DNA of 64,000 nt from Girardia tigrina (lineage: Eukaryota), in NCBI GenBank assembly GCA_001938485.1, contig MQRK01190690.1, forward strand, positions 1 through 64,000. The letters run 5' to 3'. Each line of letters starts with the position of its first letter. Position 1 is the stretch's first letter. Shown here one piece after another: positions 11,138 to 24,441 of the stretch. The position numbers were made by a program, and so were the translations under genes. The notes under the pieces were generated by a model that searched no databases, had not been told where the DNA came from, and saw only the letters and a program-made list of their open reading frames with translations.

Positions 11138-11499
11138 AATAGCCTTATTCCGTTTTTAGCTTTCCTAATTAATTAATGGTTCTCTTGATTTCTGTTTGTA
11201 TAAAATGAATGATTTGATTCCCAAGATAATTTCTATCTGAGAGATTTGTATTACTTGAATTAACTCCGTCGGTTTTACTACTCAAATTTCCCGTCTTCGT
11301 TTGCGATTGATTCTGTCCCATACCGTACACTTCTCCGAGATGAATGAGCATTTATGACATATTTAGAGGCTAAGATGACTTGATCTTATTTGATCATTTT
11401 CAGATATTAATATTTTCCTAAAGTTAAATGAAATTATTTTACAAAACCAAAACTTGATCTACTCGACTGTAAATGTTCACTAATCCTTTTTTCTAGATG

Positions 11500-12270
11500 A
11501 GGAGTGAAAGGTAATCAAAACATTGTTAAATTGGCTTTATATTTATTCGAATGTTATATAAAAGACAAACAGGAGATAAGGAATTAGTAGGAAAAACAAT
11601 AAATGTTAAACTATTAAACATAAATTAGTTGCTTTGTGTAATAGAAGAAAATATTTTCAATGAAAACAAAACTTATCTCTTTTAATATTGTATTTAGATT
11701 TTTTAAATTACTTTAAACATCGCGCTCTTAGTGTCAAGAATTTCTCAATCATATCCAAATTACAAAGTATAGTGTCAAATAAACTGCTTGTGGATTGTTA
11801 GTTTAGCTTATAAATTTAATTTTTACAGGTGTAAAACTTATGCATTGGAGGGTTATGGATCAACTATGCAAGCAGGGCAGACATACTTCCACGTAGTGTC
11901 CCTGGAAAACTAGAATGTGTTCTATTACGTCTCTAAGCTGAAGTGTCTAAAAAGCTAGCCGATATCTGTGCCGACAGAATATTGTAGTAATGGTGGGCTT
12001 GCAATCCACTTACAAGGCTCTAGCTCTCCTAATCTTGGTGTAAATTCTGTGGGGAGTAGTGAACTCGCACTCGATGATGTGTTTGTATCGCAACCCGCAT
12101 TAGAGAACATTTACAATGGAATCCATTGACCTCTGAATGTACAGTAACATGAACAAAAATCGTCTTCTGTTCGGCTACTCTGTGCGCGTCTATGGATAAA
12201 ACATTCAAAACAGCCATTAATTAACATTCAAATTCGCCAATTCAACCACCTAAATATTTCAAATCCTTCA
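11500..12270 (+). pseudogene. Trypsin-like paralog with 32-nt intron (11797-11828)
   Basis: TLNIALLVS...INCL | intron GTTAGT..TTACAG | CKTYALEGYGST..G...KCL..VPTEYCSNG..LQGSSSPNL...LALDDVFVS; in-frame stops. Confidence 0.7.
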
Positions 12271-12364
12271 TAAAATAAAAATTACCATTATTAAAGAATG
12301 AAAATTAAATTTATAAAAGTTTTATTTTTTATATGACAATTCTTTGATATTTTAATTAAATTCA

Positions 12365-12800
12365 TCTGGAAATATTCTCCACAGATGGTTTTGAAGGAAA
12401 ATTCATTTTCGCAGACGGTTGTAATTCATTTATCAATAATGTTCAAGTAGCGCTATAAAGAATCTCTAAAAATAATATTAGGCTTTGCGTTATTTAAACG
12501 TACCGTTAAAGGGTGTTTTTTCCTAGTTGTAAAGGGTTAAAGTACGATGTTGACATTGGGATCACAAAATAAAATTACATCTTCTTGATTATTGTGGGAT
12601 GAATCAATGGAATGATGTTATTAAATCCAACCAGTTCTTTTTTCTTATTTCTTTTTACCGAGGAATTTGCCCGTCATAGTCTTTCGAAACACATCTTTTA
12701 TTATATAAATATTGAAGACAAATAAAAATGATTTTAAATACAAGACTTATTGCAAATATTGATTTTTATGTCCGATTTACCGTTAGTAACTGTGAAAATA
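12365..12800 (+). pseudogene. Trypsin-like paralog
   Basis: KFIFADGCNSFINNVQVAL and VFFPSCKGLKYDVDIGITK (Asp102 motif). Confidence 0.55.
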
Positions 12801-12989
12801 ATGGATTTGCTGATAAATCAAATCCGCTATTTTTACTATATTTAAAAAAGATCATAGTCAAACAATGTTTAAACTAGATTAATCCAAAAAAGGATAGTGA
12901 TGGACTAATCTAGTGGCGAAACTAACAATGAAATAAAAATGAAGTCAACTAATAAATAATAATATGAATCTAATTTTAACTATTTTAAC

Positions 12990-13545
12990 GTACAAACAAA
13001 CGTACGCAAATTTACAGCTGAATACTGCTAGATTTGAAATAAAATTTCAGTCCAAAGAGGGAAATTCGCTGGAAATCGCCTGTTTCCGATATTTTTCATG
13101 ACAATTCGAGATAATCGTCATGGCTTGATTTATTTGGTTGTTGGCGTAAAAAGAATTTGACGAAATAAATCCGTAACTGATAGGCAAAACGATGAGTTAA
13201 TAATTATCTTTCATTGAATTCAGCATTTGAATCTTATTGATTTATATATTTATATGTCTATATATAAAATGATTATATAAAAGAAATAAATAGTTTAAAT
13301 TATTATATAAAAAATATATGTCAGCGAGGGGTACACTAACATTTTAAATTGTTTTACTTGGAGAATCGTTCAGCGGTAAAAAGAGTATTGGTCTAAAACT
13401 GAAATGAGATTTGCTGAATAATTATAAAAGGAATCTAATGATGAACTCTGGTGCAGCTACTCTTGCCACAGTGCAGAGTTTGAGTCACGCTCCGTTGTAG
13501 GTGGAGGCCGTCATTAGACTTTACATGGATCTAGAAGATTGAAAT
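12990..13545 (+). pseudogene. Trypsin-like paralog, nearly whole domain
   Basis: FTAEYC (LTAAHC), ISVQRG, IFHDN...WLDL, EGY, ELWCSY...VVGGGRH in order; stops and frameshifts. Confidence 0.6.
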
Positions 13546-13599
13546 GATGTTTATTTTGATTAATTCTTTTAAATTTAGATATGATTTCAAAAACAAGAA

Positions 13600-13830
13600 T
13601 TTTTCGGTTTTAGACTTGAAATCGATAAATCAATTTTAAACTTAGGAAAGCTAGAACTGAGCATTGCAGAATTTACAATCCGAAAAAGTGAATCAACCCA
13701 TGTCTTTCAAGAAGATCAGTCTCCCAAAACAACCATTATCTGCCAGGCATTTAAAGTGACCTAGAATGTTTGTAAGCAATTTGTAACGAGGACATTCCCT
13801 CCACCAATGATGGTGGAAGAACGGCGAATT
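13600..13830 (-). pseudogene. Trypsin-like paralog, N-half exon
   Basis: After acceptor TTTTAG: STIIGGGNVLVTNCL...IMVVLGD...FRIVNS...KIDLSISSLK in one frame with 3 stops. Confidence 0.65.
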
Positions 13831-14114
13831 CTAAAAGATAAAATGAAAGGCAAACTTTTGAAAAATTGTTTTAAAACTCATTTTAACTTAAAACAAAAAT
13901 AGCAACGTATACGCAACTCCGTTTTGATTTTACGTAACAATATAATAAAACTTTTTAAGTCGTCACTAAAATAAGAGCAAGGCGAAAAAATGTCAACCAT
14001 CCGTCGCGGATCGTACTTGAATCTTAAGTTTCGTACAATATTTATTTCTTGTTCCTCTGATTATTTTAAGAGAGTGAAAGCAGAGACAAATTAGACGGTA
14101 ATGATGAATGATAA

Positions 14115-14500
14115 ATGCGTCGGCCTTATGTTTATGTGCCTAAGAATAATATCATTAATTCAATAGGACTAAACGAAGTCACAATGATAATTCATCATAA
14201 AAATTCATATTCCTCTGTCAATTTGAGCTCGCGTATCTCCGCGGTGTCATTTATCTGTTATTATGCAAATAAGCCATCCGATGCAAGCTCAAATAAGGTT
14301 TTAATTAAACTCGCAAATACGACAATTCTCACAATCTTGCTTTCATAACGGAAGTATTTTTAGGCCCTTGTATAATAATTTCGTCTCATTGAGACAGTCT
14401 CAATGTCACAGCCTCACAGAACGGATGGCATTGTCCAGGAGGGTGGGAGGCCTCACTTTCCATTGTGCGTATGCTTGCGGGTTCTGTGTGATAACTGATA
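14115..14500 (+). pseudogene. Trypsin-like paralog
   Basis: SVNLSSRISAVSFIC...VLIKLA, later PLCVCL; weak. Confidence 0.35.
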
Positions 14501-14859
14501 AAAATTTATAATTAAATATATTATAATTAATTAAGTTATTTTTACCAAGACAACCTTTGTAAATGAAAGGACTTGTGAGGCCTCTATTATTGTATGAGAA
14601 GTGTATTTGGAGCAAATGTATTTCAATTATTAAAGGTACATTTATTTTTTGCAATGTAATCTATCATTTTTTCACAAGAAATTATTATTTCCCTTCAAGA
14701 AGATCAATCTTATTGTACTAGAACATGTTGAAGGATATAATATCATCAAGGTATCTTATATTTGTCCATATCCTTTTTTATAGTTAACGTCTGCCTTTAG
14801 AAAAATTAAAAAAAAACACTTACATTTTCAACGTTTGTACACAATAGAGACTGAGACCT

Positions 14860-15530
14860 TTTCTGAGAAAGATTCGGTATTGAGTCGCAGTTACCATTTC
14901 TGATGAATTTCGTAGGTAAAGAATCGCTCATCTTGCGAATGGCTTCGGTTAAAGTCAGTCATTTCTATTGTCAGAAGTTATTTTGCGAGAATGGTGAGCA
15001 GTACTTTCATAAAAGGTTACAGACCACTAACAAGTTACTTTCCTTCGAGAATAAGTAGCAATTAGGACTGACATTATAATCTAGTTCTAATTCAATGGAA
15101 CCGTGACCAAACCAGTGATCCGGCAAGGAACAACAATATCTGAAAACAAAATATGAATTGTTTATAAAGTCCTTTCGTTACTTCAAACTTAAATAATTTT
15201 TAATAATAAATAAACTATTTAAAACAATTAAAAAGCTGATTTTATTAAATTGAAATTTGGAATAAGGACAGTTCTATAAAAATGATACTCTAAATACTCT
15301 CCTCCTTTTTCGAGGTATCTTGCAATTCGCTTTATCATTTTCAAAAAATATTTTCCACTTAAAGTTCAATATTTTCTCGAATTGTAAGTTCAACTCTGCA
15401 GCTCCTTTATTGCTAAGAACGGGGCATTGATGCTTGAGCTCAGTTTCACAGGACCCTAAAAGTCCCAAGTCAGGTAAATCCACACTCCACAATATGTGTT
15501 CGGGAAAACGTCATTCAGGAATTATCACAT
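14860..15530 (-). pseudogene. Trypsin-like paralog (two exons)
   Basis: VFPEHILWSVDLPDLGLL, then after acceptor TTTCAG: IVVPCRITGL (C.ITGW). Confidence 0.55.
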
Positions 15531-16500
15531 AGAAAAAGAATTATTGAAAAAATGTTAGGTGGAAGATATGCAAGTTTTGAATATGTGGAATTAGAAAATT
15601 ATTCATTATTGTCAGACGGATGTCACATTGACTTTTGGATTTTGGAAGAAATACGATCTGATGGCGAGGAATATTGTCGAATTGTGGTTTATTATGTTGT
15701 TTGGTAAACAGTTTTCAGGATTGTGTTATTGAATGTTTTGACCCTTCGGATTATTCAGACAATTTCTAAATGTAAATAACAACTTTATAATTAAATTAAT
15801 ATATTTTAATCAAAAAATATATAATAATATTTTGATCAGAATATTTAAGATCTATTTGAAAGTGATCTAAAATATTTAATAGTGGATTTTAACATTATGA
15901 TTCGCTTAATCATAGATAATGTATTTAAAATAAATTAAAGTATTTTTGAAAATAATTTTTAAATCCTTTCACTCATATTCATACGATAAAAGTTTAGTAA
16001 TTTCNNNNNNNNNNNNNNNNNNNNNNNNNNNNNNNNNNNNNNNNNNNNNNNNNNGAACTAACTTGAACCTACATATTCGTTCAAATATATTTACTACAAA
16101 TGTTTTTGGTTAAAATTAAATTACTATTTATCATTTAAAAATATTAATTTGATTTAATAATTTACAAATTTAAAAATAAAATTAATTAAAGCAAATAAAA
16201 ATTACAATAATAATAAAGAACGCAAATTACAGAACAAAATTTATTATATAAAATATTGATGGGGTTTGATAATCGATTAAAGTTGAAAATCATTCTCTTT
16301 TATATTAAGGCAATATTACATAATATTGTGTAATATGCCCCGGGGTCAGTTGATGCAATTAAAATTCACCTTGCAATTGCATATGCCGATGATGTAATGA
16401 CATATGAAAGCACCGGAATTTGAACTCTAGTGATGTCATGAGATGTGACATCATTGAAGTTCAATATTACTGAATGTGGTGAGGAATGACATCACCACAA

Positions 16501-16660
16501 TAATAAATTTAAAATTTGAATATTAATTCTAAATTTGAATAAATTAGTTTCAGATAATAAGAATTAAAATATTAGTCATCCATCTGGGTGGAGAGGCGCA
16601 ATCCCAAATCAACACACAACATCCAAACACGAAACATCAACATTCAAAATATTCCTCACA
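16501..16660 (-). repeat. Solo-LTR-like repeat family, copy d (5' fragment)
   Basis: TGTGAGGAATATT start at 16660 plus the family core. Confidence 0.8.
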
Positions 16661-17733
16661 GTGTTTGAAAAAGTATTTCAAAACTAATGAAAAGAAAGAT
16701 TATTTTTATCGTCTGAATAATACAAAATTTATACACATTTGAGATTCGTTAATTATTATATTAAGAAATAAAAATTATATTTTATGAATTGTATAAGAAA
16801 ATGAAAATAATCTTTATGGATATTTTTTGTACTAAGAAATTCTTTTTATACATTAATAATATTTTTTGTTTCTATTGAAAATAAAAGAAAATTATTTCTC
16901 ATTTTGATTTTCAATTTGTCGAAATTGATAAAATATATTATTTATAAAATAAAACGATATAAATCTCTTCTTTACCGTCGGTTCGTTTGGATTATTAATC
17001 AAATTTTAGATCAAAACTAATTAAAATGAGTAAATACGAAAATTGGGTTGCCTATTCTTTAAGACAAAAGGATTAAAAAATTAATATTTTTATTAAGAAA
17101 AATATTATTATAAAAATATATTAAATTATTAAAAAATTATTATAATATGATAATTGTTATACAATAATTATAATTTAATTTTTAGAAGTTACATTTATTT
17201 CGTATTGATAAATTAAGTCTAAAACTATAAATAATAAATTTTATTTATTATTTTTTTTCTTTTATAACTCAATAACATCATGTGCTTGACAAGAGAACAT
17301 AATCGTCCTTTGAGGATTACAAATAGGCGATTGAACCTTCGGCTTAGGATCAAAAAATAAAGTTCTGGAAAGAAATCGAATTTCGGGTGTGAGTGACGAA
17401 TCGTTCTCGGTCCACTAAGAGATATGTGATACGAATTTAGAAATTTTCAAAAATTGTTGACTGCATAATATTTTATTATTATTTAGGCCTGGACGCGGTG
17501 CACCGTTCTTAATTATTTTTTCATAAAACGTTTTTATTAGGTTCGTGATTACAATTCGAAGTCATAATTTTGTAAACTTTATTTCTATTACAATTTTCAT
17601 TATTGAAACAAATTTATGAGGAACAAAATTTCAATCACATAATCCAGATCTCAAAATTCTAAATATAAATAATAACAATTTCGCTGTCTTATATATAGCA
17701 AATTGATAATTATGCAAACATCTTACGTAATAA

Positions 17734-18105
17734 CTAATTAAATATTTTCAACAAATTGGAAGAGAGACTTGTTTGGATATTAATGGACGGATTAAGTGAT
17801 TTAATCAATAATGCTACACAAGTAACTCTTTCCCAATAATTTTTAAAATTACTGCACAATATTTTAAAATTAGTTGTTTTCACCTCCGACTTACAACCTT
17901 TCATATGTCCAGCAATATTACTCCCATTACCCAATCGTCCATGCTCCTGAATCCGTTTACAGAGATGACGAGACGTCTCTCCAATCTATGTGGCGTTGCA
18001 CCCATTACACGAAAATGCATAAACCAGATTGGAACATAAACTCAAAGGAGTACGAGATTTATTGATGAACATACTTTGAATTTTGTAAGATTTAGAAATA
18101 ATAAT
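17734..18105 (-). mobile_element. Penelope-like element, GIY-YIG endonuclease 3' fragment
   Basis: LVYAFSCNGCNAT*IGETSRHLCKRIQEH...NFKIL...YWER...LIKSLNPSINIQ. Confidence 0.9.
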
Positions 18106-18793
18106 ATCGATAAATATGCAAATATGTTATTTTATTCAATTTTGTATAAATCATATTTTGTTTTTGCTTTATTATTTTTTTACAATGTTTATTAATTGCG
18201 CATGTTTATTAAAATATTTTTAAAAATTCAATTCTTAAATGTTTTTTTGATTTTTTAATCATTCGATGATAAATTATTTTTTAATAAAAACCTTTTACTT
18301 GTTTTTAATAAAAATTACATTCTTTTTAAAATTTATTTTACTTAATATTGATTTTATACATTAAAAAGTTATTATGATATTATTTTAAATAGTGTTACAA
18401 AATATATCAAAATCTTCTTTACAATGTTCTTTAACTTCGAAGATGATATTTTAATTGTGAATTTTTTAAAACTTCATTTTTATAAAAATTTGTCCCAATT
18501 TAATTAAAATATTATCATTACTCTAAAATTTTTTAAAAACTTATTTCATTTTAATTAATAATATACTATCTGTGAAATATAATTTTTAACAAAATTATTT
18601 CGATTTAATTAGTAGAACTGTTACTATAAAATATATTTTTTTAAAAATCTTATTTATTTTAATTAGTAAAAATATTATCTATAACTTAAATTTTTTATTT
18701 TAAAGAATTATTTCATTTTAATTATTCAAAAAATTAAAAAATAATTGCAAATTATGTTTATAAACAAAAACACGCCATTTGTTAAATTTATTT

Positions 18794-18841
18794 TTGATGA
18801 CAATTAATTTCGACGGTATAACCGTCATCGTCAGGTCTCAA
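18794..18841 (-). ncRNA. Minimal type I hammerhead ribozyme
   Basis: TTGAGAC-CTGACGA-T-GACGG/CCGTC-GAAA-TTAA-TT-GTCATCAA; palindromic helix III. Confidence 0.8.
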
Positions 18842-19575
18842 GAAAGAAATGAATTTTAAATCTGCTGGATATAGGCAAGCAATGATTATGTCATCAATGG
18901 ATTAGTATGTCATCTAAACACGCTTAATAGGGTTTTCGAAAGACCCGTTTGCACATTAATCTTAGGATCTAAAGATCTGATATAAAGTGCTTCACATAAA
19001 TTAATTAATAAACCGATTATAAATGATAAAGAAGACTCAACAACTTTAACATATGTTTTAAGCATTTCATATTCAGAGGGATTTGGTCAATCTAAACGTT
19101 CAATTTTAAAATGCATAAATAATGCCTTTAATTTAAAAATAATATCACAAACATATAAAATCCAAAATGTGTTTTGTAATAAATCTCCAACCCCATTTGG
19201 ATTATGTTNNNNNNNNNNNNNNNNNNNNNNNNNNNNNNNNNNNNNNNNNNNNNNNNNNNNNNNNNNNNNNNNNNNNNNNNNNNNNNNNNNNNNNNNNNNN
19301 NNNNNNNNNNNNNNNNNNNNNNNNNNNNNNNNNNNNNNNNNNNNNNNNNNNNNNNNNNNNNNNNNNNNNNNNNNNNNNNNNNNNNNNNNNNGTTTTAAAA
19401 ACTATTGGGAGAGGGTGGCCTGTGAAGCACTTTATATCAGATCTTTAGATCCTAAGATTAATGTGCAAACGGGTCTTTCGAAAACCCTATTAAGCGTGTT
19501 TAGATGACATGCTAATCCATTGATGACATAATCATTGCTTGCCTATATCCAGCAGATTTAAAATTCATTTCTTTC

Positions 19576-19623
19576 TTGAGACCTGACGATGACGGTTATA
19601 CCGTCGAAATTAATTGTCATCAA
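19576..19623 (+). ncRNA. Minimal type I hammerhead ribozyme
   Basis: Identical inverted copy of 18794-18841. Confidence 0.8.
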
Positions 19624-19989
19624 AAATAAATTTAACAAATGGCGTGTTTTCATTTTAATTAATCGACATTATTTTTAATTTATCTAAAATATAAATATGA
19701 TTTTTAAAAATATCAAAAATTTAAAGTTCACCTAAAGGAACCCCAACAGTTTTAAATAAAGACTGACTCATCATAAGATGACTCATTATATTTAGCTACA
19801 ATAACAATATGAGAAATAAAAGACAATGCTCTAAAGTCATTTATAAAATGTCGTTCTATAAAACTACGGTACAAAAAACTGTTTGAGGAATGTGACAAAC
19901 TTTTGACGGGCAGTGTATTTTATTTCATTTACGAATTCTTTTATTAAAATCTATTTAAAATATTATGATAAAATGATTTTAGCAAATTT

Positions 19990-20430
19990 ATTTATCTAGT
20001 CTTCATGAACCTCAGGTACAGAAAAGACAGAAACAAAACACAAAAATCAGCTTTTATTTGCTCAACGGATGAAACATTTTTGTGTAAGTTTCAATTTTTC
20101 AGTTTTTATGAATTAAAATGAATTTAAAATTCAAAAAAGTACTTTTGATAATTTCACATAGTGTAAAAGGTTAGTTGAAAATAATTATAAATCTATATTC
20201 AATATTCTTGGGTATTCAAAAATAATAATATTTGTTTTTATATATTTAAATATAATATTTTATATATTTAATTTCCTGGCCCCAACAAAATTAGTTAAGG
20301 AGTGTACTACCCAGAAAGAGGAAGGGTACGTCGTCGCGAGGGTCCAGATCAGCTTCAGGATTGACAATCAACAAATGTATCACAATTTAGTCCTCTTGAA
20401 TAATTTTAAAATGGAAATTATTTTTGTGTT
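19990..20430 (+). pseudogene. Trypsin-like paralog
   Basis: FLAPTKLVKECTTQKEEGYVVARVQISFRIDNQQMYHNLVLLN; FLAPTK is also present in the paralog at 31265. Confidence 0.5.
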
Positions 20431-20774
20431 TAAAATGTAATAAAATTTGATTGTTGAATTTATTCGTAATTTTTTTCAAAATTATTTATTTTAAAAAAAT
20501 TATATAATTTATTTGGCCAATAAATAATGATTTTTTTCAAAGAAATTTAATTTTCCAAATTCGAATAATTCCACAATAATTTAATTTAATTGAGATTTAA
20601 GTAATTCAAATTATTCATTTCTTATATATTTAGGAATAACACTGAATTTCTTTTTATCAAGAAGAAATTAAATAAATGAGGTTCTATAAATTGACATAAA
20701 ATATTGAAGTCTTAAAGTCAAAATAAGTCTCGAGGGGACCTTAAAAAATAAAGGCTTGGAATTCTATTTATTCC

Positions 20775-20776
<2 letters not shown>

Positions 20777-20837
<61 letters not shown>
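20777..20837. repeat. (AAT)n microsatellite
   Basis: About 20 perfect AAT units. Confidence 0.98.
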
Positions 20838-21410
20838 TGTAAAGGCCTTATACAAAAAAATACAAGAATATTTTTTTTTATTGAGAGACAGGAATGATTG
20901 TTTGAAGTATTTTTATTGTTGAGGTAAAAATAAGGTAAATTAATTGAGTGTTGGGGTCTCTTTCGTATGTGTCAGAATGGTCAGCGATAAAGATATTGTC
21001 GAGAGTATATGCGATGTTATGTATTTTTTTTATTATGGTAAAATATGTTTATTTGATTTATGTTTTTTTTTTATTTTTTTTGACATCGCTTTTTTGTATT
21101 TAATTACCCTTTTGATTTGGGTGTGTCGTTTATTTTTAATTTTTTTATTTTTTGTATTTTTTTGGCCTCCACTAAATGTCAGAGGTGAAAGTAAATTTAC
21201 TTTTGACTGAAAGTAAATTAAATCTTATTAAATGATAATTTGGACTTTCCATAGAAATATGGAATATTTTAATTTAAATAAAAATTCAATAAAAAAAGAA
21301 ATCAATAGAATTATTGAGACAGAAAATTACAAATTGTCATTTTTTTTACCCGAAGAATTGAAGATTCTAATTGAAGATTCACTATTGTTATTAAATTCTC
21401 GAATTGCAAA

Positions 21411-21522
21411 ATATCCGACTGACTATTTATCACTGGTCTGGAAATTATTATCGTTTAATATCCGACTGATTAACTATCACTGGTACCAATATTATTACAG
21501 TTTAACATCCGACTGACTATTT
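21411..21522 (+). repeat. Short tandem repeat, ~48-bp unit, ~2.3 copies
   Basis: ATCCGACTGA recurs three times and ATCACTGGT twice. Confidence 0.8.
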
Positions 21523-21914
21523 GATTTACAGTGTGATCCATACCCTAGTGTACGGTTATTTATTTGTTTTTTTATTAAAATTTGTTGAGGTACAGTGTCG
21601 ATAATTTAGTTATTTATAAAATATAAAATATTTAATAGCAATAAGTTATAATATTTATTTATTTGTAATTTTTAAGTAATTATTTGTTAAAGCTCCACCT
21701 TTGGCCTACATATTTTATAGAACAAAGAGTGAGCATTACAATAATAATAATAATTTATGTGAGATTGTGGTATTTTTGTAAAATGTATTTTTTTGAAAAA
21801 TATTTTCTTTTTTCCGTTGTTTTTTTAAGAAACTTGTGTTATTGTGTGCGGGCAAAATACAGAGATTTTTAATAATATTTATTTTCTGATGTGAGTTTTC
21901 AAAAAAATTGTTAT

Positions 21915-22345
21915 TAGTATTTCAGAGGTGATTCAACGATTTTCGAAGCGCTTATCAATACGAATGGTAAATATTTCTGTTACTGTTCGAATAAGACAGT
22001 TTTCTACTCGATCTTCAAACTGATAATAAAATTCTGTTGAATTTGTATTTGCGGTGTCGTATAATTTGCTTTTGGTCGACATTGACTTCTGTCTGTCCTA
22101 TTTCTTTGAATAATTGATCAACAAATACCGATAATGTATATATTAATCAACCACAAAGCGGTGAATAATTTCTGAGTTCTAATTATGCTGAGTTCCCCAA
22201 TAAGGTACCGATGGGAAGTGAGTATTACAATCTTAAAAAGCGAAATTCTCATGTTTAGCGATTCTCCTGTCGGCGATGAGTGTCTCTGGGACACCTCTAT
22301 GGACCCAGATGCTTCCTAACCCCATCTCCGGATCTCGTCAAAATC
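21915..22345 (-). pseudogene. Trypsin-like paralog, intronless long frame
   Basis: IEVSQRHSSP..LNMRISLFKI...IYIIGIC...FIISL...KYLPFVL, with the Pro in the same register as the paralog at 9489; several stops, no frameshift. Confidence 0.5.
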
Positions 22346-22649
22346 AATAATAAACAATCATATTATATTATTAAATTTAAAAAATATAATGGCATCGGAA
22401 TTAACAAAATAAATTCATTATTGAACTTTGAAAATTATTAAAATTATAATAAGAAATAAATATTATTTTCTTTTTATTAAAAGTGAAAGGAAATATTATT
22501 AACATTATTTTATATTTTTGCTGTTGTATTTTACCGAACTCTAATAATGTGTTTTGTATTCTATTTTTATGATAAATATATTATTTATTTTTTTTCTGTT
22601 TTTTCTTCTTTTTTCGTTGATTTCTGTTAAAACTTGTTTCTTTTCAATT

Positions 22650-22900
22650 TGTGATTTCCCGATTTCTTCAGCGCGAATTCGCTCTTGTGCCGCAAAATCC
22701 GACTATTAATTGATTTTTTTTAATTATTGTTAAAAACACAATCGATTAAATATTTTTTCATTTTCTTTGAAGGAAAGAAGTAATGTATGACTGCTGGGAA
22801 ACAGGATGCAATGTCGGCAAGGAGCAGTAAACGCAGCAGTCGATTACTTCTTCACGCGCGTCGCATTGCGACAGTTTTTCCATTATTTCATTTGAACAAA
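22650..22900 (+). pseudogene. Trypsin-like paralog
   Basis: REFALVPQNP, CMTAG, SSRLL..IATVFPL. Confidence 0.45.
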
Positions 22901-23236
22901 TATTTAAGAAATTCTCATTTGTTTGTTTTAATGGATTTTAAAAAATTTATGATTGCTAGTAAACAAAATGTTTGAAGAAAATGTGATAAAATAATAATTA
23001 ATAATGAACATAACTTTTACTTCATTTAATAAAAAATGTTTAGTTTTAATTGGGATCATCCCTTGAATTTTGTTTAAAATTTGATTTTACTATAATTTTA
23101 ATTTGATTTTAAATTTTAATATCAATTCCACGTGGAACAGGAACAATGGAGAGCTACTTAAGGATCAATAAAGGTCATTAATATTTATTTACGTGTGTCC
23201 TTAAATGGCCTTTATACGCCGTGCGCCCATTTAATA

Positions 23237-24439
23237 CCCGGAATGAAGGTCTAATAATATATCAATTTAACTTATTTTCGTGATATATTCCTAGAGTATT
23301 ATAGGTTACTGAAACACAACTCGTTTTTTTAAATGTGTAATTTTTGCTGGCATTTAATTTTTTGTTATAATAATTTATTCTCCAGTGGAATTTCGTAATG
23401 TAATAAAGTTTATTGTTTTGAACAATTTTTCGGAGAAAGGAAATTATTGAGGAAATGAGGAATGTATACCATGATGAAAGCCATAAAAACTATTATTAAT
23501 TACTTGATTGCACAATTTAAGAATGGTACATAGAGTGCGTTGATGAGAAAAACTCCAGAAGACCCTTGGAAATTTGCAAAAACATTAAAGAAAATCGGAA
23601 AATATTATCAAATTTGACAGACGCATCACAACAAGAATAATCTGATACAGTCTGTATGTGTGCAAATGAAGTTTGGATTACTTAATAAAGTCTATAAGTC
23701 TGAGAAAACCTTCTCCACGTTTCATTCCACGCTTCTAGACAAGTGAAATGTGTGAAAAGAAATGCAGTTCAAGTCACACTTATGACATTGGAGTACATTG
23801 GAGATATTTTCTCAAGAACATCGTGACAGTTTAATGACAAATAACAAGAGTCTAAGGAATTGGAATTCGGAAATAAGGACGAGCACAAAGAAGCTATGAA
23901 CATCAACTTACCATCGGAAATCTCTAATGCTAACAATTTTTTTAGGATTTCTAAGGAGTGGTTTCAAAGGATTTTGCTGAAAAGAATGTGAAAATTAACT
24001 CATGTTATTATGTGGAGCCAGTCCAGAAACTCAGGAAGTTCAGAAAAAAATTCCACAAATACAATCATCTTTTTCTCCAGAGTAATGCATAAATGCGCAT
24101 AAGTGCATTCTTTACAATTTAAATCGAAAAAATGAGCTTACAGAGCTTTTATTGCACTCCTTTTCTACCGGACCTAGCTCTTAAGGATTTTTCTTCGTTC
24201 CTCTATCTTAAGGAACACTTACAAGGTTGAAATTTTATCCAAAAAGCAAAGGTAATAAGGAAGTGCAAGAATGTCCTGAGAATCAACCCGCTATTTTCCC
24301 CGAAAATGCCTTCTTGGAGCTGTAAGATGCTGACAAATGGCGTACTCAATGAGGGGTTCTATATGGAAAATAAATACATGTACACACACCAATGTCGGTT
24401 AAGAAAATTATTCATGCACTTTTTTCATTTCATTCCGGG
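23237..24439 (+). mobile_element. Degraded mariner element
   Basis: TIRs CCCGGAATGAA flanked by TA, about 1.2 kb; residual PFLPDLALKDF..LKEHLQG motif. Confidence 0.85.
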
Positions 24440-24441
24440 TA

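Larger units (their letters stand above)
18767..19650 (+). mobile_element. 5'-truncated Penelope-like element with inverted pseudo-LTR
   Basis: 230-bp inverted repeat 18767-18996 / 19421-19650 (one mismatch seen). GIY-YIG coding KIQNVFCNKSPTP...YWERVACEALYIRSLDPKINVQ spans the N-gap. Confidence 0.92.

Noticed and set aside
14725-14770. RYLDDII on the minus strand (RT-like)
   Set aside because: Isolated motif with no other RT blocks recognisable.
16360-16410. IAYADDV (non-LTR RT-like)
   Set aside because: Isolated motif with no supporting flanking domains.
17600-17665. Possible hammerhead downstream of the 17.7-kb Penelope fragment
   Set aside because: Core and helix II are too degenerate to support.
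20840-21200. Possible LINE 3' end terminating in the (ATT)n tract on minus
   Set aside because: No diagnostic protein motif recognised.
11830-22345. Many in-frame stops with few frameshifts in the trypsin-like frames, suggesting stop-codon reassignment
   Set aside because: All three stop codons occur, the long Gln-rich Gag and Tc1 frames contain none, and decayed transposases show the same pattern. Ordinary pseudogene decay explains it.
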